Shown here in pieces: positions 8,630-17,707 of a stretch of DNA of 32,000 nucleotides (positions are counted from its first letter, which is position 1; every line of letters starts with the position of its first letter). The position numbers and the translations under genes were made by a program. This DNA is from Candidatus Paracaedimonas acanthamoebae (lineage in GTDB: Bacteria; Pseudomonadota; Alphaproteobacteria; Caedimonadales; Caedimonadaceae), in assembly GCA_000743035.1 (NCBI GenBank), contig CP008939.1:60001-92000 (forward strand). Reading direction: 5' to 3'. The notes beneath the pieces are model-generated. The model was not told the origin of the DNA. It was given only the letters and a program-made list of their open reading frames with translations, and did no database searches.

Positions 8630-9847
8630 ATGCATAAAAATTTTAAATCTTTTCTAGCTTCTTTATTTATTACTTCACTTCCTTTGCTACATATCAACTG
8701 CCCATTAAAGGCAAGCCAAGCTTATCTAGTTTCGAAGGAAGATGATTCTAGCCCAGAAGCCAAATCTTTTAGCTTGCCGAAAGTATCAGAAGAAGAAACT
8801 ATAAGTTATTTGGCAAAAAGAAGTTTATTTATTTTACCTCAGGCTTCAGAGCTTAAATTTGAGTCAGGAGTACCTAATTCATCAAAGATAAAAGCAGGTC
8901 AGTATCCTACACACTTGGGCTTATCTATCGATGGAGGCGGAATCCGTGGTGTAATGCCCGCTGTATGGCTAAGTTACCTTGAGCAGCAGCTTCAAAATAA
9001 ATATGGTCAAAGGACAAGGCTTTATGAAGTTTTCGATTGTATTGGAGGGACCTCTATTGGTGGAATTCTAGCCTTAGGGCTTGCTCAAGGGATGCCAGCG
9101 TCAAGCTTGATAGAGCTTTTTGATACACATGGAGGCGATATTTTTTCAAGTAATGCTAGATCCTTTATCCAATTGTTAGATTTTTGGGGGATCATTAGTC
9201 ATCGTTATCAAAGTGCGGCTTTAGAAAAGGTACTTGATGAAAAGTTTAGCACTCAAACTCTTGCTGACGCTAAAACAGATGTATTAGTGACAGCTTGTAC
9301 TACAGACGGCAGGCCAAAAGTATTTAGGAATACAAGCAAAAACAGTGACGACATCTATATAAAGCATGTAGCCCGTGCTAGCTCGGCGGCCCCTACTTAT
9401 TTTGATAGTTTTACTGTTCGAAGTAAGGAATATATTGATGGAGGCATATGGTGTAATAACCCATCTATATTAGTGGCGGCTCGTTTAGTAAACACCCATC
9501 CTGAGGATGATTGGAGAGATAGCGTTCATATGCTTTCCTTAGGGGCAGGTGAGTCGAGGCGGTCACCAATCCCACACTCTTCAGGAAAAGCGGCTGCAAG
9601 GAAAATAATTGATGCTTTGATGACAAGCCACGGCCAAGGAAACCACTCTGCAATGAAGCAAATGTTTGGAGATCATTATCAACGCATAGATGCTTATCTT
9701 GAGGCTGAAATTGATCTTGATGAGTTCGAGAAAACTGGTCTCCTTAAAGATGAAGCAGCTAAGTATTTGCATAAAGTTGATTACTTCTTAGAAAAGTATG
9801 AGGAAGTTATTGCCAGCAAAATAGCTGAAAAAAGATCTAATCAATAA
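8630..9847 (+). CDS. patatin-like phospholipase with signal peptide
   Basis: DGGGIRG oxyanion motif, GGTSIGG (GxSxG nucleophile), DGGIWCNNP (catalytic Asp), and a GGAGGG RBS. Confidence 0.9.
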   Translation: MHKNFKSFLASLFITSLPLLHINCPLKASQAYLVSKEDDSSPEAKSFSLPKVSEEETISYLAKRSLFILPQASELKFESGVPNSSKIKAGQYPTHLGLSIDGGGIRGVMPAVWLSYLEQQLQNKYGQRTRLYEVFDCIGGTSIGGILALGLAQGMPASSLIELFDTHGGDIFSSNARSFIQLLDFWGIISHRYQSAALEKVLDEKFSTQTLADAKTDVLVTACTTDGRPKVFRNTSKNSDDIYIKHVARASSAAPTYFDSFTVRSKEYIDGGIWCNNPSILVAARLVNTHPEDDWRDSVHMLSLGAGESRRSPIPHSSGKAAARKIIDALMTSHGQGNHSAMKQMFGDHYQRIDAYLEAEIDLDEFEKTGLLKDEAAKYLHKVDYFLEKYEEVIASKIAEKRSNQ

Positions 9848-9946
9848 AATTGATAGATTCATAAAGTGTAGGGAAGTTGTTCCCTACACTTAAATTTATC
9901 ATAAAGCTAATAAATGTTATGTTGATGAGAAAATCTTGAGGATAAG

Positions 9947-11344
9947 ATGAATAAAAAGCTAAATTTTTTACTTTGTATTTTATGGGTGTCTTTCTCCTCA
10001 TATGGCTCAGGTCCTCAAATAGAACAACTTGAAGAACAACGTGATCAAGACCAAACTTTTAAAAAAGTACCTTCTGAACCTTCAGAGAGTCAACAATTTA
10101 ACAGCATTTTAGAAAAATTAGCGACTGATGAGGTGTTTCGTAACTCTTATTTAAAAGCTAATCCACAATTACTCCCACTCTTTTCCGCTGTCGGCAAAGA
10201 AGCTGAAAAAATTCAAGCTCCACAAGCAGCACAAGAAGAAGATAAAAAATATCAGCGGGCAAGACGCTTTCATAATACAATGCTCGCCACCTTAAGAAAA
10301 CCTGAGAGCCAAATAAGCTATATTAATGCGGAAGAGGGGCCTAATGGCAATAATTCATTTCTAAGGTACACCCCTGTTTATAGCTCTTCTTATAGCGAGA
10401 CTGAGTGTGATAATAAAACTGATTTTGATAATCCTATTTTTGTACCTACAGAGGGGAAACAGATACACCAAGAAACTTTAATGAACTCTGATCAAGATAC
10501 AAGGGTTTCTGTAACTCATCCTTATAGATGGCCATATTCAATATGCGGTAAGCTATTAATTGATTTTAAGAAGAAAGGCAATATCGTCGGAAGTGGCACA
10601 CTTATAAGTCCTATTCATGTATTAACAGCAGGTCATTGCATTCTTGACAGAGTAAACGGATATGGCTTAGCTACTAGCATTCGCTTTTTTTATCCTGTTG
10701 TTTGTCCAAATGAGCATGCGATATCTTCAACAGAGTGGAAACAAATAAATGTAAAAGAAGCCTATATTGTGACAGGCTGGAGTAAGAACGGTCGTCCAGA
10801 GTGCGATTATGGCGTTATTGTCCTTGAGGATAAAGTTGATAATGTACATATACCACTTGGGAATCAGTTTGGCTTTAATGAAGCTTTAAATCTTTCAGCT
10901 ACCAACCAAGATAACTATAGACTATTTGAGCTTTCAGTGAGAGAGACTTTGTCAAAAGAATGGGTTAATATTGCTGGTTTTCCGCTTAATCATGGTCCTT
11001 GCAAAGAAAGAGAAAAAGTCACAGAAGTTAATACCCATGAATTGCATGAGACATATACAGCATATGGAAAGCTTATGCCGAATATTAAAAAATCTGATTT
11101 ACTATCTCATAAGGTAGACACAACAGAAGGTCAAAGTGGCTCGCTCGTATACAGTGTTAAGCTTAAAAATGACGGATCTTATTATCATGGGATTGGAATA
11201 CATACCCAAGGTTTCGATAAGAAAATAAATAATAGTGATAAAAATCATAAAAGGAGGAATAAGGCAGTTATGTTGACCCCTATTCATCTCAGTAATATTG
11301 TTCAATGGATCTCTTTAGGGGATATAAGTGAGGGCCAACAATGA
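9947..11344 (+). CDS. secreted trypsin/V8-like (S1 family) serine protease
   Basis: Signal peptide, His motif LTAGHC (His codon 10634-10636), Asp in CDYGVIVLE, and Ser motif TEGQSGS. Confidence 0.85.
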   Translation: MNKKLNFLLCILWVSFSSYGSGPQIEQLEEQRDQDQTFKKVPSEPSESQQFNSILEKLATDEVFRNSYLKANPQLLPLFSAVGKEAEKIQAPQAAQEEDKKYQRARRFHNTMLATLRKPESQISYINAEEGPNGNNSFLRYTPVYSSSYSETECDNKTDFDNPIFVPTEGKQIHQETLMNSDQDTRVSVTHPYRWPYSICGKLLIDFKKKGNIVGSGTLISPIHVLTAGHCILDRVNGYGLATSIRFFYPVVCPNEHAISSTEWKQINVKEAYIVTGWSKNGRPECDYGVIVLEDKVDNVHIPLGNQFGFNEALNLSATNQDNYRLFELSVRETLSKEWVNIAGFPLNHGPCKEREKVTEVNTHELHETYTAYGKLMPNIKKSDLLSHKVDTTEGQSGSLVYSVKLKNDGSYYHGIGIHTQGFDKKINNSDKNHKRRNKAVMLTPIHLSNIVQWISLGDISEGQQ

Positions 11345-13110
11345 AACTAAATATTCTTGCTTCTTATTTTAGGCTTAAAATTTATTTTTTACTAATTATA
11401 GGCATTTTCAATGTAGAGAAAACATTTTCTTCCCCTATAACTGAAAGTGAAGCACAGCAATTTACAAACTTCTTGTCTGCATTATCTAAGAATCCTTCTG
11501 CAATTATGGAGTTACCTGAAGAAACAAGAAATAAAATTGTAAGCATTTACCACCAATATTTAAATACTCCGCCAGAACCATCCCTTGTCGCCGAGCCAGA
11601 AGATACGATCAGCATTTTCTTTAAAGAAGAAGGTAGCTTAGAAGGAGGAAAACTTCTTCACGATGAAAAAGAAGAAATTTTTTCTAACAAACCTTCAATT
11701 GTTAAAAAGATTAAGGCTAAACACCAAGAGATTAAAAATACACCTTTTCAAGGTGAAGGAAATAATGAGGCTGATATTTTGTCGGCTTTAGGGCAAATCA
11801 AAGCCTATTTTAAAAATTACTCACCTTCTTATGGGACCGGTGTTCTTATTGATGGAAATCACGTTTTGACAACTGCTTCTTGTGTTTATACAAATAAAGA
11901 AGCTCCTGAATCTGTCATATTTTTTTCATACTGTGAGGCTGAAAAGCAATATACTTCTCCACAAGGAGTGCGCTCAATTTCTCTTCATACTAAATACCTC
12001 ACAAGTTCTTCAAAAGAAAAGAACCTCTATAATTTTACTATATTAACTCTCGAAAGAGCGGTTCCACATCCAATACAAAAACTAGGCTATATTAAGGTTG
12101 ATAGCTTACTTAAGAAGCAGGATGCATTTAAGCATGAGATTTTATATTTTAAGGACTTTTCAAAAAACTTGACGAGAGAAGAGGTAAGCAAGATTAATAA
12201 TAAAAAAAGGTCATTTTTTCAGTATGAAGCTAAAACGCACGCAGGAAGTGGAGGGGCCCCTTTTTTCACAAGAACTAAAGATAACTTCTATTATCTTGTA
12301 GGTCTCCATATAGGCCTTTCTCTTAAAAAAGAAAATGTAAAAAGGTCTTTACCAGCCTCTACTCAGGTTCAGCAATTAATTCATTTAATGGTAGCCAAAG
12401 AAAGGAAACAAGCAATAGAGAAGACTTCTAAAGTCAAAAGCAGTATCTTAAAGGCTACTGGAGAATTAGTGTCGCCTTCTGCACCTAGGAATGAAGATAA
12501 AGGAAAAGAAAAACTACAAGAAGACGAGGGTTGGGGTGCCTCTTTAATAGAAGATTCATCTTACCCACAAGAATCTTATAAAAGATTAGGGCCTAAAATA
12601 AATGTAACAGCCGAAAGGAGAGGGAAATTAGAAGTTTCAATTCCTAGTGATATTAAGGTAGGGAAAAAGGAGCACTATCTTACAGAAAGAACACCAAAAA
12701 TTTTTGATGTTACGCGCCGAAAAAATGTAGATAATTTTTTAAAAGCAGCTTTTGCGCCTAATATGATAAGTATAATGAAGCAAAGATTTATAGGTCTAGA
12801 TGCAAGTAATACTGACATTTCTATAAAAGGACTAAAATTAATTCCTCAGACTTTTAAGATTATTAACCTAGAAAATTGTCAATCTATTACAGATGAAGCC
12901 CTCGAAGTTTTACAGAATTTTAGTGAGCTAGAAGATCTTACCCTTAATGGTTGCTCGATTACCAAAAAAGACTTTAGCCCCTTTAATTTCTCGAAGAAGT
13001 TAAAAATAAATTTTCAAGAAAAATATGATCCTTCTAAGAACTCTACAAGGCAAGAAGAAACTTCTTCACAAGTAATTTTTAACTTATCTGGTTCAGAAAC
13101 CGACGATTAA
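11341..13110 (+). CDS. S1-protease-like domain with substituted catalytic His and Asp, fused to C-terminal cysteine-containing LRRs
   Basis: It aligns by eye to the upstream protease. GTGVLIDGNHVLTTASCV has Ser (codon 11878-11880) in place of His. YNFTILTLE has Asn (12031-12033) in place of Asp. GSGG retains the Ser (12247-12249). The C-terminus contains NLENCQSITDEALEVLQNFSELEDLTLNGC. It has an ATGA overlap with the upstream gene. Confidence 0.8.
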   Translation: MKLNILASYFRLKIYFLLIIGIFNVEKTFSSPITESEAQQFTNFLSALSKNPSAIMELPEETRNKIVSIYHQYLNTPPEPSLVAEPEDTISIFFKEEGSLEGGKLLHDEKEEIFSNKPSIVKKIKAKHQEIKNTPFQGEGNNEADILSALGQIKAYFKNYSPSYGTGVLIDGNHVLTTASCVYTNKEAPESVIFFSYCEAEKQYTSPQGVRSISLHTKYLTSSSKEKNLYNFTILTLERAVPHPIQKLGYIKVDSLLKKQDAFKHEILYFKDFSKNLTREEVSKINNKKRSFFQYEAKTHAGSGGAPFFTRTKDNFYYLVGLHIGLSLKKENVKRSLPASTQVQQLIHLMVAKERKQAIEKTSKVKSSILKATGELVSPSAPRNEDKGKEKLQEDEGWGASLIEDSSYPQESYKRLGPKINVTAERRGKLEVSIPSDIKVGKKEHYLTERTPKIFDVTRRKNVDNFLKAAFAPNMISIMKQRFIGLDASNTDISIKGLKLIPQTFKIINLENCQSITDEALEVLQNFSELEDLTLNGCSITKKDFSPFNFSKKLKINFQEKYDPSKNSTRQEETSSQVIFNLSGSETDD

Positions 13111-13190
13111 CAAAACCCTATAAAGGAAAGTTTATTTTTTAAGGAATGGGGTAAGTTTCTAACTAAGCTTAATGGAATAAAAGGTAGAAA

Positions 13191-15944
13191 ATGAGATCTG
13201 ACACGCGTTATTGGCTCTTTCTTATTATATGCAGTATGATGACTGTAACCATATGTTTTGCTTCTTCTCCTTCAAGCGAGGAGTTTAAAGAAATTATATT
13301 TTCACCCTTATATCAGAGTGAGGAGTGGAAAAATTTACACAGACGTTCTGATACGGTCTGGGAACCACTTCATATAGCTCAAGCATATAAGAATAATTAT
13401 GAAGGTTTAAGAGGGGAAAGATACCAGGGTAAACCATACCTTTTTATAAAGAATTCAATAGATAAGGGATCAATAATTAATGATTATAATGATTCCATAG
13501 AAGAAGTGGCAAGAAAATATCATGAATTCTTGTTAAAAACATATCATGAATTAGATTTTTTAGATCAGAAAGATACCATCAACATACAATTTGAAATTTT
13601 GCAAGAGATAGGTGGGTTTGAAGATATTGAAAGTATTAATGCTTATGGATGTGTAGCAACCACAGATAAATTTTTAAGAAAATGTCATCCTAACTTAAAG
13701 CAATTAAATCTTGGTGCAAACCCCAGCCTTACTTTAAAGAACTTAAGGTATTTCACCTGCCTTTCTTCTTTAAATTTAAGTCGATGTCTTCAAGTTGACC
13801 ATGAGTGGATCCAAAGCCTTGCTCGATTATCAACCTTAACTCATTTAACTTTATCCTACTGTGAGCTTTCTTCTCAAGCATTGCAACAGCTCTCACTTCT
13901 TACATCGTTAAAAAATTTAGACCTTTCAAATAATGAAAAAGTTACACAAGAAAACTTACAAAATTTAACCTTTTTAAGTGTCTTAAATATTAGCGCTTGT
14001 AAAGGAATTAAGGAAAAACTAGCTGTTAGTAATTTTTACTTTTTAGTAGATATCAATCTAAGTTCTTGCAAGCAGCTAACAAACGTGAACCTACGTGATC
14101 TTCCTGTTTTTAAAAAGCTTAACCTTAGCCACTGTAAAAGCCTAATAGAACTAGATCTTTCGAACCTTCCTGCTCTAGAAAGCTTGGATTTATGGCCTTG
14201 CGAGCAGCTAACAAACGTGAACCTACGTGATCTTACTGCTTTTAAAAAGCTTAACCTTAGCCACTGTAAAAGCCTAACAGAACTAGATCTTTCGAACCTT
14301 CCTGCTCTGGAAGAGTTGGATTTATGGTCTTGTAATCAAATGAGCAGCGTGAACCTACGTGATCTTACTGCTTTTAAAGAACTTAACCTTAGCCACTGTA
14401 AAAGCCTAACAGAACTAGATCTTTCGAACCTTCCTGCTCTAGAAGGCTTAGATTTAAGTTCTTGCGAGCAGCTAACAAACTTAAACCTACATAATCTTCC
14501 TGCTCTTAAAAAGCTTAAACTTAGCCACTTTGAAAGCGTACCAGCGTTAGAGCTTTCAAACCTTGCTGCTTTAGAAGACTTAGATTTAAGTTCTTGCGAG
14601 CAGCTAACAAACTTAAACCTACATAATCTTCTTGCTCTTAAAAAGCTTAACCTTAGCCACTTTAAAAGCTTAACAGAACTAGATCTTTCGAACCTTCCTG
14701 CTCTAGAAGGCTTAGATTTAAGTTCTTGCGAGCAGCTAACAAACGTGAACCTACATAATCTTCCTGCTTTTAAAGAACTTAACCTTAACAACTGTAAAAG
14801 CCTAACAGGACTAAATCTTTCGAACCTTACTGCTTTTAAAAAGCTTAAACTTAGAAACTGTAAAGGCCTACCAGCACTAGAGCTTTTAAACCTTCCTGCT
14901 CTGGAAGAGTTGGATTTATATTCTTGTAAGCAGCTAACAAACTTAAACCTACATAATCTTCCTGCTTTTAAAAAGCTTAAACTTAGCCACTTTGAAAGCG
15001 TACCAGCGTTAGAGCTTTCAAACCTTGCTGCTTTAGAAGACTTAGATTTAAGTTCTTGCGAGCAGCTAACAAACTTAAACCTACATAATCTTCCTGCTTT
15101 TAAAAAGCTTAAACTTAGCCACTTTGAAAGCGTACCAGCGCTAGAACTTTTAAACCTTCCTGCTCTGGAAGAGTTGGATTTAAGCTCTTGCGAGCAGCTA
15201 ACAAACTTAAACCTACATAATCTTCCTGCTCTTAAAAAGCTTAACCTCAACAACTTTGAAAGCGTACCAGCGCTAGAACTTTTAAACCTTCCTGCTCTGG
15301 AAGAGTTGGATTTATGGTCTTGTAATCAAATGAGCAGCGTGAACCTACGTGATCTTACTGTTCTTAAAAAGCTCAACCTTAGCCACTGTAAAAGCGTGCT
15401 AGCACTAGAGCTTTTAAACCTTCCTGCTCTGGAAGAGTTGGATTTATGGTCTTGTAATCAAATGAGCAGCGTGAACCTACGTGATCTTACTGTTCTTAAA
15501 AAGCTTAACCTTAACAACTTTAAAAGCCTACCAGCACTAGAGCTTTTAAACCTTCCTGCTCTGGAAGAGTTGGATTTATGGTCTTGTGACCAAATGAGCA
15601 GCGTGAACCTACGTGATCTTACTGTTCTTAAAAAGCTCAACCTTAGAAACTGCACAAGCATACATTCTCTTGATTTTTCAAACTTTCCTGCCTTGGAAGA
15701 ATTAAGTTTATATTATTGTAATCAATTGAAGAATTTAAAATTAACAAATCTCACAATTCTTAAGCATCTTGACCTCCGTTATTGTAAAGAATTATTGAGC
15801 CTTACCTTTTCTCCTCTTCCTGCCTTAGAAAGCTTAAATTTAGAAGGATGTACAAAGATAATTAAACTAAAGACTGAATCAGTCATACGTACGATTAATT
15901 CATCAGGGCTTTTGCATGGAAATGATAAGATTTTAAGGTTGTAG
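13191..15944 (+). CDS. large leucine-rich-repeat protein (cysteine-containing / RNI-FBXL-type LRR) with a signal peptide or anchor
   Basis: About 30 LRRs of 22 aa each (LTNVNLRDLTAFKKLNLSHCKS / LTELDLSNLPALEELDLWSCNQ). The N-terminus is hydrophobic (WLFLIICSMMTVTICFA). Confidence 0.9.
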   Translation: MRSDTRYWLFLIICSMMTVTICFASSPSSEEFKEIIFSPLYQSEEWKNLHRRSDTVWEPLHIAQAYKNNYEGLRGERYQGKPYLFIKNSIDKGSIINDYNDSIEEVARKYHEFLLKTYHELDFLDQKDTINIQFEILQEIGGFEDIESINAYGCVATTDKFLRKCHPNLKQLNLGANPSLTLKNLRYFTCLSSLNLSRCLQVDHEWIQSLARLSTLTHLTLSYCELSSQALQQLSLLTSLKNLDLSNNEKVTQENLQNLTFLSVLNISACKGIKEKLAVSNFYFLVDINLSSCKQLTNVNLRDLPVFKKLNLSHCKSLIELDLSNLPALESLDLWPCEQLTNVNLRDLTAFKKLNLSHCKSLTELDLSNLPALEELDLWSCNQMSSVNLRDLTAFKELNLSHCKSLTELDLSNLPALEGLDLSSCEQLTNLNLHNLPALKKLKLSHFESVPALELSNLAALEDLDLSSCEQLTNLNLHNLLALKKLNLSHFKSLTELDLSNLPALEGLDLSSCEQLTNVNLHNLPAFKELNLNNCKSLTGLNLSNLTAFKKLKLRNCKGLPALELLNLPALEELDLYSCKQLTNLNLHNLPAFKKLKLSHFESVPALELSNLAALEDLDLSSCEQLTNLNLHNLPAFKKLKLSHFESVPALELLNLPALEELDLSSCEQLTNLNLHNLPALKKLNLNNFESVPALELLNLPALEELDLWSCNQMSSVNLRDLTVLKKLNLSHCKSVLALELLNLPALEELDLWSCNQMSSVNLRDLTVLKKLNLNNFKSLPALELLNLPALEELDLWSCDQMSSVNLRDLTVLKKLNLRNCTSIHSLDFSNFPALEELSLYYCNQLKNLKLTNLTILKHLDLRYCKELLSLTFSPLPALESLNLEGCTKIIKLKTESVIRTINSSGLLHGNDKILRL
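14076..15650 (+). repeat. intragenic tandem array of about 12 units of 132 bp (44 codons, two LRRs each), many nearly identical
   Basis: CGTGAACCTACGTGATCTT recurs at 132-bp spacing. Stretches over 150 bp long are almost identical (for example about 14461-14630 versus 14921-15090). The block CTGGAAGAGTTGGATTTATGGTCTTGTAATCAAATGAGCAGCGTGAACC occurs 4 times, one copy carrying GAC in place of AAT. Confidence 0.9.
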
Positions 15945-16069
15945 TATTTGTAAAGTATATTTTGTGATGTTGAAATTTAAGAAACACGCTACCGTAAACA
16001 ACAAGAAAACCTATTAAAAAAACAAAGCAAGAACTTAGGATGATAATGATGTTTTCTTGTTAGAGGGCT

Positions 16070-16450
16070 CTAATCTGTTGAAATGATATTGGATGTTACT
16101 TCAATATCTATGATCTCTATAACAGCATTATGTACTTTCCTCATAAATTCCTGATCACATCGAGCTATGGGACCTTTGATTAGCCTTTTATTGTCGATGG
16201 CACGAATCTGATCAATTAAGAGATCTGAGTCCTGCTCTAAATTCCCCTGAGACAGGATTCTGATTCTCAAGGGCTCTGCGTCCTCAATTAAGTTTGTGGT
16301 AAGAGGAATAATAAGAGTTGAGGGATGTCCGATATCTAACAAGGCTTGATTTTGAATAATTAAGACAGGACGCGTTTTCCCTGGCTCTGTACCCATTTTA
16401 GGATTTAAATCAGCGAGCCAGATTTCACCATTACTGAGGATTAAGGTCAT
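16070..16450 (-). CDS. MazF/PemK-family endoribonuclease toxin
   Basis: GEIWLADLNPKMGTEPGKTRPVLIIQN is the PemK/MazF N-terminal signature. It is 126 aa and overlaps the upstream antitoxin gene by 20 nt. Confidence 0.85.
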   Translation of the reverse strand: MTLILSNGEIWLADLNPKMGTEPGKTRPVLIIQNQALLDIGHPSTLIIPLTTNLIEDAEPLRIRILSQGNLEQDSDLLIDQIRAIDNKRLIKGPIARCDQEFMRKVHNAVIEIIDIEVTSNIISTD

Positions 16451-16670
16451 TTTCTATTTTCTCGAACTCAGCGTTAATTTTCATACTCTCTTGTCTTACA
16501 CGTTTACTAGCATCCATAAGCCTTTTTCTTTTTTCAAGATTACGTATTTTATCATTCATGTGTTCAAGCGCTTTCTTGATATACTCATTACGTGTGAGGT
16601 GTAAAATCTGTGCTCTCATATTAGCTTCTTCAAGTAACTTATCTGGTAACCTTAGTGTAACAGTAGACAT
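16431..16670 (-). CDS. ribbon-helix-helix antitoxin
   Basis: 79 aa, with an RHH start TVTLRLPDKLLEEANMRAQILHLTRNEYIKKALEHM. It lies immediately upstream of the toxin and overlaps it. Confidence 0.8.
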   Translation of the reverse strand: MSTVTLRLPDKLLEEANMRAQILHLTRNEYIKKALEHMNDKIRNLEKRKRLMDASKRVRQESMKINAEFEKIENDLNPQ

Positions 16671-16852
16671 GATATTTTCTCAACATGTTTTGTTTTAATT
16701 TAGTATAAAATCTATTTTAACACACAACATTCAAAAATATAAGATATAAAATTTGTAAAAGTCGGAATTTGGTATGTGATTTATATGCATGCATGTTGAA
16801 CAATAATCTACATTACAAAAATGTTTGCAAAATTTAAACATGATTTGTTTAT

Positions 16853-16873
16853 GTCCATATAGAGTATACTCTA
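16853..16873. promoter_or_regulatory. candidate res / crossover or operator site
   Basis: TGTCC is followed by the perfect 14-bp palindrome TAGAGTATACTCTA (16860-16873). It sits 130 bp upstream of the resolvase gene. Resolvase sites of the Tn3 / gamma-delta type begin with TGTC. Confidence 0.3.
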
Positions 16874-16931
16874 ACCTGATGTCAGGGAGAGGGTCGTAAC
16901 CCTGTCAGAAATAAGTAGGGTTAAGAATTTA

Positions 16932-16960
16932 TTGACAAATGCTTGCCAACCTCTTAGACT
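16932..16960 (+). promoter_or_regulatory. sigma70-like promoter TTGACA-17 nt-TAGACT upstream of the resolvase gene
   Basis: TTGACA at 16932-16937 and TAGACT at 16955-16960. A second TTGACA lies at 16966-16971. Confidence 0.35.
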
Positions 16961-17002
16961 CTATCTTGACAATTTTGTTTATTTATCATAAAAAGGATTA
17001 TT

Positions 17003-17563
17003 ATGTCTAAAGGTAAAATACTTGGCTATATCCGCGTCAGCAGCTTTGGCCAAAATACAGAACGACAACTCGATGGAATCCCTCTTGATAAAGTTTTCAC
17101 TGATAAAGCATCAGGAAAAGATACCAAAAGACCTGGATTAGAAGAACTTCTTCACTATGCAAGAGACGGAGATACGATTGTTGTCCATAGCATGGATCGA
17201 TTAGCTCGTAATCTTGATGATTTAAGGGAGCTTGTAAAAGGTTTAACAGAGAAGGGGATAGGTATTCGATTTGAGAAAGAGCAGTTAGTCTTTACAGGTG
17301 AGGACTCCCCAATGGCCAAGCTTCTTCTCTCCGTCATGGGCGCTTTTGGAGAGTTTGAGCGCGCCCTTATCAGAGAGCGTCAATTAGAAGGCATTTATCT
17401 TGCCAAGCAAAAAGGACTTTATAAAGGAAGGAAGAAAAAGCTGACAGAAGAAGCCATAACAGAGCTTAAGGAGAAGGTTTCTCAAGGACACAGTAAATCA
17501 GCCATTGCAAAAGAGCTTAATATTAGTCGAGAGACTTTGTATCAATATTTGAGAGGTAATTAA
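17003..17563 (+). CDS. serine recombinase (resolvase/invertase family)
   Basis: The N-terminus ILGYIRVSSFGQNTERQ carries the catalytic Ser. Also present are DRLARN, GEFERALIRERQ, and a C-terminal HTH SAIAKELNISRETLYQYLR. The protein is 186 aa. Confidence 0.9.
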   Translation: MSKGKILGYIRVSSFGQNTERQLDGIPLDKVFTDKASGKDTKRPGLEELLHYARDGDTIVVHSMDRLARNLDDLRELVKGLTEKGIGIRFEKEQLVFTGEDSPMAKLLLSVMGAFGEFERALIRERQLEGIYLAKQKGLYKGRKKKLTEEAITELKEKVSQGHSKSAIAKELNISRETLYQYLRGN

Positions 17564-17707
17564 CTCGAACATTGCATATATAATATCTATAATCCAACTT
17601 TGTCCAAAATTTAAAGAGTTCCATATTTCCTTATTACAACAGAAGCTGCAAGAACATACTTTCTCATCCTAATTTGTGCCCCAACGCCATAGAGTGTATA
17701 AAGGAAA

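Noticed and set aside
9465-11305. Short minus-strand ORFs (9465-9653, 9581-9772, 11102-11305) inside the patatin and protease genes
   Set aside because: They are antisense to strongly supported genes. None has an RBS or a recognisable motif.
14336-15253. 305-aa minus-strand ORF, plus a 67-aa one at 15458-15661, inside the LRR gene
   Set aside because: These lie antisense to the tandem LRR repeats. The open frame exists only because the repeated unit has no stop codon in that frame. The translation is low-complexity (SRAGRF/KFVSCSQELKS repeats) and has no start context.
14076-15650. Regular repeat periodicity that a CRISPR finder might flag
   Set aside because: The period is 132 bp, exactly 44 codons, inside a long ORF. 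There are no unique spacers between units, no palindromic short repeat and no cas genes in the window.
16000-16061. 11-bp inverted repeat AACAAGAAAAC ... GTTTTCTTGTT between the LRR gene and mazF
   Set aside because: The arms are separated by about 40 nt and no T-tract is present. It could be a terminator for the convergent genes, but that cannot be distinguished from chance in AT-rich DNA.
17155-17337. 60-aa minus-strand ORF inside the resolvase gene
   Set aside because: It is antisense to a strongly supported gene and has no RBS or recognisable motif.
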